11,332 nt of DNA from Octopus sinensis (GCF_006345805.1 NW_021827007.1:1-11332); one strand, 5' to 3'; shown: positions 1 to 8,729, counted from the first letter of the stretch. Program-made: numbers and translations. Notes: generated by a model from the letters alone, not told the origin.

Positions 1-99
1 ATATATATATATATTTATGTATATGTACATCTACCAAAATGTCCCTAATGTCGAAAGAAGTATACACGTGGGTGTTACTACTTATTTTGGTGGCGGTGA

Positions 100-455
100 A
101 GGTGGTGCTGGTGATGTGTAATATCACCATCCAGTTCATGGTATTTTCCATTACCACCCACATTACCACAACCACCATCACTCTCACTATCATTACCCCC
201 AGTAAAAGCAATATCAGCAGCATTATGACTAGATCCTTCAATGTTATCACCACCATCACCACCACCACCACCTCAACCACAGCCATCTTACAATTGACAG
301 TGGAGCTATTATAACTATCAACACAACAATGGTAACAAAATGAACGCCGGTTTACGCGTATGCGTTTCCCACACCATGCAACCAATAATAAATTCAGCAC
401 TTCGCTTCCTAGACATACCACCACCACCACAACCATCACCACCACCAGATCCATC
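100..455. repeat. Low-complexity CAC/CAT/ACC triplet-rich region
   Basis: Imperfect runs such as accaccaccatcacc and ccaccaccacaaccatcacc. ORFs 39-314 and 340-594 are poly-Thr/Pro readings of these runs. Confidence 0.7.
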
Positions 456-635
456 AAAAACAAACAACAAAGCCGATATTTATTATTTTCCTTTTAACAA
501 TATTCGTTTAAAAACAACATATACATTTGTTTACGATAAACATCTTCGTTTTTACCCTAAACATAACATAGTTCATATCAGAGAATATCAGTGATTGGTA
601 TTACCACGGACAGGGACAACTATGCAGTTCTATGG

Positions 636-744
636 ACACACACGTGTGTATGTGTATGTATATGTTTGTGTATATGTATGTATGTATATATATATACATA
701 TAGACACATATATGTATGCATATATATATGTATATATGTATATA

Positions 745-775
<31 letters not shown>

Positions 776-1257
776 GCATATGTATAGACATACACAAATA
801 TATATATATATATAAATACAACTTATACATAAAATTACATATACATTTGCGCGCGCGTGTATATATATATTATATATATATATATATCATATATATATAT
901 ATGTTGTATATGAATATATCTTTATAAATTATATATATCTTCGTTTTTTTTTTTGAATTTCTGTATATATGTATATAGGTATGTGTAGCTATGCACATAT
1001 GTATGTATACATATATATTTTTGTATCTGTATATGTCTCTCTCTCCCTCTCTCTCTCTCTATATATATATATATAGACGCCCCCGCATGAAGAATGAATC
1101 CAGGAAGGAAAGCAATTTTGTCCAGATATTATATGCTCTTACATACATGCATATTGATATACAAACATACACATACACATACACAAAAATGCATACATAC
1201 ATATATGCATGCACTGCTACATGCCGATATCTATATACCTGTTTATGTTGCTGTTTT

Positions 1258-1292
<35 letters not shown>

Positions 1293-1445
1293 CATATAAT
1301 ATATACATGTTTATATATATATATATGTATATATACATATATATATATATGTGTGTGTGCATGTGTGTGTGTATGTATACACATACACACATACGTATAT
1401 ATATATGTATATCCACATTCATACATATATAAATTCCCATACACA
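636..1445. repeat. Compound (TA)n/(TATG)n/(TACA)n/(CT)n microsatellite block
   Basis: Near-continuous purine-pyrimidine alternation, with (CT)n at 1036-1060 and a short (GC)n at about 849-857. It gives YIYI/VCVC ORFs on both strands. Confidence 0.95.
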
Positions 1446-1508
1446 CAAATGTTCGTGTAAACAGGACAGTGCAATGGATATTATGCAAGCACAAGCATTT
1501 ACACAGAA

Positions 1509-1536
<28 letters not shown>
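1509..1536. repeat. (AC)14 microsatellite
   Basis: Perfect AC run read directly. Confidence 0.97.
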
Positions 1537-1541
<5 letters not shown>

Positions 1542-1944
1542 TATTCTTATATATACACCTACTGAAATAAACACGACCATGCAACGCACGAAACGGCAGC
1601 CATGCTAATAGCACGTCTTAAATGACAACTGAGAATGCTTGGTATAAAATGGCCGCCTTATGGGTGTCTTTCGATTGCTTCTCATATACGTAGTTGTTGA
1701 CGTATTGGTCCTTTTTTCTAATTGTTGTCTCGTTTCTGTTGTTGTTGTTGTTGTTGCTGTGTTGTTGCCAGTAATATTATGAATACTTATTAATATCGTT
1801 GATGTCGTACTCATATTCAAGCAATCACACAATCCATCCCCCCCCACATTCAAACACACAGAAGTAAAAATAATAACATGTAAATAATTTCAACATGTAT
1901 ATATCGTTTTCTTTCTTAGTCTGTGTATTCACTGTGTGTGTATC

Positions 1945-1990
1945 TCCCTCTATGCATCTCTCCCTCTCTGTCCCTCTGTCCCCTCCCTCC

Positions 1991-2023
<33 letters not shown>

Positions 2024-2086
2024 ACTCTCCCTGAGTGTATATACATACTTATACACCGAAACACGCACCTACGCGCACACACATGT

Positions 2087-2124
<38 letters not shown>

Positions 2125-2312
2125 CATGTACGAAAATATATAGAGACATGAACATTCAGATATAGATGAGACGCCTACACAGGTGTATGTTTCTGTGGGT
2201 AGGTATATATGTATATGCATACGCATACATGTGTGTACGTAAAACAACATTCATAGGCAACATGTATGTATTGATATCTACCAAATATATATATATATTT
2301 ATAAATATTTAC

Positions 2313-2345
<33 letters not shown>

Positions 2346-2505
2346 ATACAAACATTTATATATGCATATGAGTATATATAGACATATACTCTTGCACATA
2401 TATGTGTGTGTGCATGAGTGTGTGCGTGTCCGTGTACGTATCCGTGTGCGTGTGTGCGTGTCCGTGTGCGTGTGTGTGCCTGTGTGCGTGTGTGTGTATG
2501 TGTGA
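1945..2505. repeat. Compound (CT)n, (TA)n, (TG)n and degenerate (CGTGTG)n microsatellite block
   Basis: CT-rich 1945-2030, TA 2090-2123, TG 2318-2345, and CGTGTG/CGTGTC hexamer variants at about 2420-2495. Confidence 0.92.
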
Positions 2506-2581
2506 TAAAACGATATAAAATACCACATCTAAATACTCTCCATATTGGTTAATTGTTTTTGTATTTTCGTTATACTTATTG

Positions 2582-2583
<2 letters not shown>

Positions 2584-2674
<91 letters not shown>

Positions 2675-2685
2675 TATTATTATTA
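2584..2685. repeat. (ATT)n microsatellite
   Basis: Long ATT run with rare interruptions. It explains the poly-I and poly-Y ORFs. Confidence 0.97.
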
Positions 2686-2832
2686 TATATGCTCTTCGTT
2701 ATATATCGTCCATCAACAGAGCTGGACATCGAATATTTCGCTTCATCCTATCTCCTAGAAATCAGCTGCGTACGCTTCTAATTGTTGTTTACCGTTTTAG
2801 CGGTGCCTTCATTTTTTCAGCGTTATATCCTT

Positions 2833-2833
2833 A

Positions 2834-2866
<33 letters not shown>

Positions 2867-2914
2867 CACACACACACACACACACACACATACATACATG
2901 TATATATGTATGTA

Positions 2915-2965
<51 letters not shown>

Positions 2966-3025
2966 GCGTATACATATACATACATATATACACGCATACA
3001 TACATACAAACATACATATACAGAT
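2833..3025. repeat. Compound (CA)n/(TA)n/(TACA)n microsatellite
   Basis: Read directly. Confidence 0.95.
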
Positions 3026-3469
3026 ATGAGCGGGTGTGTGAGTACGTGTATATACTTATATATCCTATAATATTCTATCTACCCGATGTTGTTTGTTTTG
3101 CTAAACAGCAGAAAGTATTTTGCATCGCGCTTTAATTCCATTTCCTTATCTTTCTATCGATGTCTTTCAAGCTCTGTCATAGCACCATATCCTTTTTTCG
3201 ATGTCTCTGGAGAATTTCCTCTGAAGTTTGAGTAGCTCGTGGATGCTGAATTTTCTGATGATCAACTCTTAAGCAACATCATGCAGCGAACCTATACCTC
3301 GATTTTTTTTTCATTATATATTAAATTGAGAGAAAAATCTTCTCCTGATTTCATTAAGTATATTTGGAATTATAAAGACACTATACGTTTTCAAGAAATA
3401 TAATTTATTGATTTTAGATCTGAGATCACAATAACTACGCTTTATTTTAACATATCATAATATATAATA

Positions 3470-3482
3470 TTTATTATATATG

Positions 3483-3514
<32 letters not shown>

Positions 3515-3600
3515 TGTATATTTATTCATACATATATGTATACATACCTGCATGCATACATACACGCATGCATATATACATGCACATACGCACAAAAATA
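3470..3600. repeat. Compound (TA)/(CA)/(TACA) microsatellite
   Basis: Read directly; (CA)n at about 3490-3513. Confidence 0.9.
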
Positions 3601-4351
3601 CACAAATATTTCTACATTCATATATGTGGTAGTTTTACACTATGTCCTCTCGTTTTATTATATTATATATAATATAAAATAGCAGTGTTAACCACACGTA
3701 AATAGAGAAGCTAAAATGATGTAGAATATCACTGAGTAGGCGGCAGATGCGGAATGATAATAAAGCATCTCATACATAATTGAAGTTCCGCAATGTCAGT
3801 AAATGTATTATTTATTGTTTCTTATCAACAGAGGCATTTAATGCGTGTTGTTAAACGCTTGTAGCTGCGGTGTTTCGTCAAAGGGAGGCCCTTTAAAAAC
3901 GTATAGCCCAGTATACTAAATCAATTATCGATACTGTAAAATGAGTGGATGTGTCATTCACGTCCGGGAGAATTTCGGTTGGCCTTACTTTGGGTGTATG
4001 CTTTGTTTTTTTAAAACTCTATACGTCTTAAAAAGGACTTTCCTAGTAATTAACAATACACACACATTGATAACGTTTATATTATTCAGCTGCTTCTAAC
4101 ACAAGTTCTTAATTTTATTTCACTTGTGCAGCGCTTTTGCGCATCAGCAAATAAAATTTACACTATTTGTATATACGTCTCTCAGGCTGTATCTAGTACG
4201 TTTCGGAAGTCGAGCAAGTGCACGTCACTGAAGTGCAGCAAAAACTGCGAAATGTCGGTCATAATCACTTCCGCGACGACTTTGTTTCGCCTCCCTTTGA
4301 AGTATACTGTATTTGTTTTCTTTATAATGCTATAAACACTTAAAGCGACTT

Positions 4352-4427
4352 CCCTTAGACGGGTGTACTGGGCTTCGTATATTTGTATCACAGTGTCAGT
4401 TTGATGGCACGCACTGCTCTCTCACTC
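4352..4427 (+). mobile_element. Short 3'-terminal copy of the non-coding (AAT)n-tailed repeat (same family as 5392-5947)
   Basis: 4358-4427 aligns by hand to 5879-5947 with 8 mismatches and 1 gap in 70 nt. Both end in GCACTGCTCTCTCACTC immediately followed by (AAT)n. Confidence 0.85.
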
Positions 4428-4434
4428 AATAATA

Positions 4435-4495
<61 letters not shown>
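4428..4495 (+). repeat. (AAT)n tract: tail of the upstream repeat and probable target site of the R4/Dong-like insertion
   Basis: AAT run read directly; it abuts the first codon of the LINE remnant. Confidence 0.95.
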
Positions 4496-5121
4496 CAATG
4501 CCTACCAACAAGAAACTACCAGGCCAACATATTAAAGATCAGAAGCAGTCCAACGTGTCGTGTATGCAAGCAACAAAATGAAACCATTGACCATGTGGTC
4601 TCCAAGTGCAGTCTTCTAGCGCCTACAGAGTATCTCAACAGGCACGATAGAGCTGCACAATATATTCACTGGGTAATCTGTAAAAACCTGGATTTGCCCC
4701 ATGAAAAAAACTGGTGGGAACACAAACCACCCCAGTGCTTGAAAATGACCACATCTCACTCCTCTGGAACTTCACCATTCAAACTGACAGGAAGATAGAT
4801 GCAAATAGGCCAGACATCATATTGAAAGACTTCAAACAAAGAACATGCCTCCTCATTGATATGACTGTCCCAATCGATATAAACGTATCTGTCAAGACCT
4901 ACCAAAAACTGAGCAAATATAAAGATCTTGAAATAGAAATCAAGCAAAATGTAGAAGCTGAAGACTAAAACAATACCTGTTGTCATAGGTGCCCTGGGAA
5001 TGATAGCAAAAGGGGCTGATAGCTACCTAACTCAGATACCAGGAACCCAAAAATGGCAGAAGTTCAAAAGATAGTGCTCATGGGAACTGCTCATATCCTA
5101 CGCAAAATACTCTCTATGTAA
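4496..5121 (+). pseudogene. Disrupted C-terminal ORF of an RLE-type LINE: CCHC zinc knuckle plus PD-(D/E)xK restriction-like endonuclease
   Basis: Manual translation across frameshifts (about 4730, 4942 and 5047) and an in-frame TAG at 4952-4954 gives QCLPTRNYQANILKIRSSPT-CRVCKQQNETIDHVVSKC (C-X2-C-X8-H-X4-C, 4556-4609)-SLLAPTEYLNRHDRAAQYIHWVICK...LLWNFTIQTDRKIDANRPDII (RPD at 4807-4815)...LLIDMTVP...KLSKYKDLEIEI-SKM*KLKTKTIPVVIGALGMI...VQKIVLMGTAHILRKILSM*. The RHD, RPD, D..VP and K..KY motifs are the established RLE signature. Confidence 0.88.
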
Positions 5122-5333
5122 TCTCAAGGTTTAAAACAAACATAATTTTCGGTTTAAAAAAAAAAAAAAATTTTTTTTTTAGACATTCATTAGTACACAA
5201 CATCCCCACCACCCAAATATATGGCACACTAGGCATAACAACAACATGAACTTCCAACCCTGTTGTCTCTTGAGGTCTCTGGGTGAGACTTGAGCCAACT
5301 TGTACACAATATAAAGCAAAAGTCAAACATAGA
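4496..5333 (+). mobile_element. 5'-truncated R4/Dong-clade (RLE-type) non-LTR retrotransposon, 3' portion with 3' UTR
   Basis: Disrupted ORF with CCHC and restriction-like endonuclease motifs, stop at 5119-5121, an approximately 210-nt 3' UTR, then an (AAT)n tail. The clade assignment rests on recognised motif context, not a search. Confidence 0.85.
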
Positions 5334-5391
5334 AATAATAATATAATAATAATAATAATAATAATATAATAATAATAATAAGAATAATAAA
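5334..5391 (+). repeat. (AAT)n tract: 3' tail of the R4/Dong-like element
   Basis: Imperfect AAT run read directly between the LINE 3' UTR and the next repeat. Confidence 0.93.
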
Positions 5392-5947
5392 TGCCCGATG
5401 CAGTACCAGGCAGTGGCTCTCATGGCTTCTGATCTTAACTGATTGGAAGTGTTATCATGTACATTGTTTTGTCTTGGTATAAAAGATGGGCTACAGCAAA
5501 TATTCTGCTCATACCACAGATTTGCTTGTCAGTTGTTTGAACCATAACCAGTTGAGAGCATGTCCCTTAGTGGCTGACGATATGGGCATCTCTGATCATG
5601 AGCAGAAGTAGTGGGGGAGCATCATAACCATGTGTTGAGAGGGATTCTTTGGGGTTTGAATAATTCACCTTTGGAAACATGGGTGGTTCTTTCAACATCC
5701 TTAAACAACCCTTATTCAGGGACCGTTTGAGCGGGATGGGCTGCTCAACCTGAAGAAAATTCTAACTGGGCCCCACCTGCAAGGTCATGCGCTGTTTATC
5801 TTGATATGAGATCACCATGTCGCGCACATATGGATGTGATGCATGTGCCTAGTGTACCCTTATCAGACGGGTAGTCATGATGGGTATGCTGGGCTTCGTA
5901 TATTTTACCCCAGTGCCATTTTGATGGCATGCACTGCTCTCTCACTC
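5392..5947 (+). mobile_element. Approximately 555-nt non-coding interspersed repeat ending in an (AAT)n tail (SINE-like retroposon, family unnamed here)
   Basis: Complex sequence bounded on both sides by AAT tracts. Its last 69 nt recur at 4358-4427 with the same tail junction. No long ORF and no clear tRNA A/B boxes. I recall it as a common octopus repeat, unverified. Confidence 0.7.
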
Positions 5948-6021
<74 letters not shown>

Positions 6022-6049
6022 TAATAATAATGATAATAATAATAATAAT
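5948..6049 (+). repeat. (AAT)n tail microsatellite
   Basis: Long AAT run read directly; gives the poly-N and poly-L ORFs. Confidence 0.97.
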
Positions 6050-6376
6050 GCAATCTGCACCAGAATAATAATATTAATAATAATGATATGAGTATATAAT
6101 ACTAACAGTAAAAAGAACCTGCCCAGACTGTTTGCGCCTATTTTCCAAATTTGAATTTTTGCCAAATGCTGAAATTGCTCTAAAGGAAAACAAATTTTAT
6201 TTAATAAAGAAAATGAAGAATATATTTTATCATTTTTTCCTGTTTTTCTTACACATTAAAATGATGGATATTAAAACGTTTTGGAAAACAATTCTTTAGA
6301 AAAATTGAATATTTCGATAATATTGTTAGTATGGCAGTGAGAAAAGGCACACTTTCTCGAGTCGCTATTGGAGCAT

Positions 6377-6606
6377 ATATATACACATGTATGTGTATAT
6401 ATATATATATATATATAATATATATACATCAGTGTGTGCGTGTATGTGTTTGTATGTATGTTAATATGTATCTATTACAACTTATATATTAGTGTATATG
6501 TGGTATGTATATATATGCGCGTGTGTGCGTTTTATGCATCTTACTGAATACGCATGTATTTCTGTATATATACATATATAATCTACCTATCTATCTGTCT
6601 ATCTAT
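6377..6606. repeat. Compound (TA)/(TG)/(CTAT) microsatellite region
   Basis: Read directly. Confidence 0.85.
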
Positions 6607-6796
6607 GTAAAGGGAAAGTTTACGAAAATAACAAAAGACGAAGGCATGTGGTGTACAAACAAACAGATGTATTAGTATAGCGCTGAGGAATAGAAAAAGT
6701 CTTTTACGTTTCGAGCCTACGCTCTTCTACAGAAAGATGTACAGAAAAAAACAAGGAGAGAAACAAGGAGAGAAAAAAAAGGAGAGAAAAAATCTA

Positions 6797-6800
<4 letters not shown>
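6607..6800 (-). mobile_element. Probable Penelope-like element terminal-repeat (pLTR) fragment or retrozyme-like repeat
   Basis: About 190 nt of complex sequence between microsatellites, containing a minimal hammerhead motif of the kind established for Penelope-like elements. It includes three AAGGAGAGAAA units at about 6750-6791. No RT or GIY-YIG coding sequence seen. Confidence 0.5.
6700..6737 (-). ncRNA. Minimal type I hammerhead ribozyme-like motif with variant core CUGUAGA
   Basis: Minus strand reads UCUUU-CUGUAGA-A-GAGC-GUAG-GCUC-GAAAC-GUA-AAAGA. Stem I is UCUUU/AAAGA (5 bp), stem II is GAGC/GCUC with a GUAG loop, stem III is a palindromic ACGU, and the cleavage triplet is GUA (predicted cut between 6705 and 6704). 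The core has U at position 6 in place of the canonical A. Confidence 0.65.

Positions 6801-6802
<2 letters not shown>

Positions 6803-6831
<29 letters not shown>
6803..6831. repeat. (TA)n microsatellite
   Basis: Perfect TA run read directly. Confidence 0.95.
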
Positions 6832-6834
<3 letters not shown>

Positions 6835-6964
6835 AAATTCTATTTGATATCGCTGATATTTGAATACTAGTAGTAACATGTGACCAACTTCGACCAATAT
6901 TAGCGCAATCTCCACTTGCCATCTTGACCTTCCTCTATCTGTCCATTCCGTCCTTATGCCTAAC

Positions 6965-7318
6965 GAGCTAGGTTCAAGGAAACAATGCAGAATGAAATGA
7001 AAGAACAGCTGAAGAAAGAGCATTTCCGAAGATTACGAATGTTGTAGCGCTCAAAATTGACTGGGTGGAATAAATTCCGAGCAGTAACAACACTTCGATT
7101 TGAATCTGGCAAAAACTGAATTAATGAGTATGGATACGAAGACATGGGAATTATTAATATTACACTGAGCATTCCATCCCCAAAATGATTCCGATCGGTT
7201 GTACTTGTCGAGAAGTAAGTGGGGACGAGTAGAGGTAGAGTTTTGATAAGTAGTCAGCATTGTGTCGAACCAGAGTAAAGCAGTTTTGTGTAGTATGTAG
7301 AAAATGTCGTGGCATTAT
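6965..7318 (+). mobile_element. Old, decayed R4-clade-like LINE fragment (region just downstream of the RT domain)
   Basis: Translation from 6985 across stops and frameshifts gives MQNEMKEQLKKEHFRRLRML*RSKLTGWNKFRAVTT...KTELMSMDTKTWELLILH*AFHPQNDSDRLYLSRSKWGR..LISSQHCVEPE*SSFV*YVENVVAL. This matches the recalled RLE-LINE pattern EMKE..KKEY.RRLR..L.SKLNG.NK..A.NT...EL...D.KTR.......HP..D.DRLY..R..GGRGL. Confidence 0.75.
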
Positions 7319-7740
7319 TACTCTTTTATTCTTTAACTCTTTTACTTGTTTCAGTCATTTGACTGTGGCCATGCTGCAGCACTGCCTTTAGTCGATCAAA
7401 TCGAACCTAGGACCTTATTCTTTGTGAGCCTAGTATTTATTCTATCGGTCTTATTTTTGCCGAGCTGCTAAGTTACAGGGACGTAAACACACCAGCATCG
7501 GTTGTCAAGCGATGTTGGGGCAGGGGACAAACACAGACAAATAAACGTATACACATACATATATATATATATATATATAATATATAATATATACGACGGG
7601 CTTCTTTCAGTTTCCGTCTACCAAATCCACTCACAAGGCTTTGGTCGGCTCGAGGCTATAGTAGAAGACACTTGCCCAAGGTGCCACGCAGTGGGACTGA
7701 ACCCGGAACCATGTGGTTGCTAAGCAAGCTACTTACCACG
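7319..7740 (-). mobile_element. tRNA-derived SINE (octopus-type) with internal (TA)n/(TG) microsatellite, 5' end clipped
   Basis: The minus strand begins CGTGGTAAG (3' half of an A box). It then has a B box GGTTCAGTCCC (7693-7703), a CCTTGGGCAAG motif typical of conserved SINE central domains, an internal microsatellite at 7547-7592, a 3' body, and a short tandem tail AAAAGAGT/AAAGAAT at 7319-7345. Confidence 0.8.
7693..7703 (-). promoter_or_regulatory. RNA polymerase III B box of the SINE
   Basis: Minus strand GGTTCAGTCCC resembles the GTTCRANNC consensus and lies about 30 nt downstream of the residual A-box half, which is tRNA-like spacing. Confidence 0.6.
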
Positions 7741-7960
7741 GTATCATCAAAGCTGATAATTGCTTTGACAAAAAAATTTTAAAGAGGGAAAATGCACGAA
7801 AACAAAAAACAAAGTCACAAATTGATTGGTCAACGTTCATGTGTTAAGCTCGGGTGGCAGTCGCGCAACAATATCACATAAAAGCTTATCTCAATCGAAT
7901 AGGTCATATGACAGTTAGAAAAGAGAGATATGAATAAGTGATATCTTATTTTGCAGAGTT
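7740..7960 (+). mobile_element. Probable continuation of the old R4-like LINE beyond the SINE
   Basis: Directly after the SINE the sequence reads GIIKADNCFDKK..KRENARK, then faint KLIGQ and LI(F)A-like traces. This is the order expected after YV.N...LL in this LINE family. Heavily decayed. Confidence 0.4.
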
Positions 7961-8567
7961 TTTTTACTGTTTTTCCTCTCGATTTATGCTAGGGGTCATA
8001 AAGACTGAAACGACTTTAATTTGAAATATATAACAATTGTTTGAATAAAAGTGTTATCGATAGTCACTGTTTTATTATTCTGACGAAAAATGATACAGAT
8101 TAGAACTAGTTCACTCACACTGAACATGTTGAAACATACCCCTTCTTTGGTGTTGGAAAAGTATGATAACAAGACATTACAGAGCTAGTCCGTGAATATT
8201 TTGATGCCACATCGTAGCCGCTATATAAATTTTGGTTTTCTTGCAAACGAATGCAAACAAGCAGATATAATATATTTCTACAATAATTAATTCATAGGAA
8301 AAGGCGAATCGTGAATTAGTGATGATTTTATGGCCTTTTCAGCCGTGGCTTGTATTTTTTCATAAACGAATTTTCCTTAGTTCCTCTTGTTTGACTTGTG
8401 ATATTGTCTGTACGTTGAGAGATTAGGAAAACAGAATATTTGGAAGATTTGCATTTCGCGCATGTGTCCAGATGGTCCCTAAATGGAACTTGTTTTGTCC
8501 TGGGATCTTGTATTTTATTTTTTTACGCTGATTTAATCTCATTCTATAAGAGACAACGATGATAACA

Positions 8568-8682
8568 ATCATCATCATCATCATCGTGGTCATCGTCGTC
8601 GTAATCCTTCTTATCTTTTTCCACCTACAATTCCTCCTCCTAAACACCACGACCAGCACCCACCATCACCGCCACGACCACC

Positions 8683-8729
<47 letters not shown>

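Noticed and set aside
39-594. ORFs 39-314 and 340-594 (poly-Thr, PPPPQPSPPPDP)
   Set aside because: Driven by CAC/ACC low complexity; no recognisable domain or convincing exon structure.
1647-1658. YY1-like motif AAAATGGCCGCC
   Set aside because: Single short motif with no supporting promoter context.
591-3135. Many 60-160 aa ORFs (YIYI, VCVC, THTH, poly-I/Y)
   Set aside because: Translations of dinucleotide and ATT microsatellites on both strands; no protein-like complexity.
3121-3300. Complex unique stretch as a possible exon
   Set aside because: The three minus frames and three plus frames I translated by hand all hit stops, and I found no matched acceptor/donor pair.
4195-4240. ACGTTTCG (minus strand CGAAACGT) suggesting a second hammerhead
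   Set aside because: No CUGANGA-like segment or stem II in the required position.
3878-4300. 12-bp perfect inverted repeat TCAAAGGGAGGC (3878-3889 and 4289-4300) as MITE ends
   Set aside because: No target-site duplication, and a few 12-bp inverted matches are expected by chance in 11 kb.
4182-4391. Minus-strand 69-aa ORF with protein-like composition
   Set aside because: Its start lies inside the antisense of the 4352-4427 repeat; no recognisable family.
5573-5615. CTGACGA in the 555-nt repeat as a hammerhead core
   Set aside because: No properly placed stem II plus GAAA follows (GAAG only) and the helices do not close.
5223-5858. 10-bp inverted match TGCCTAGTGT between the LINE 3' UTR and the 555-nt repeat
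   Set aside because: Too short to show shared ancestry and in the wrong orientation for a shared LINE/SINE 3' end.
7640-7740. tRNA gene
   Set aside because: Only a SINE head with a B box and partial A box; no cloverleaf or acceptor stem.
7747-7768. 7-bp hairpin TCAAAGC/GCTTTGA resembling paired TCF sites
   Set aside because: Short, and better explained as part of the decayed LINE coding sequence.
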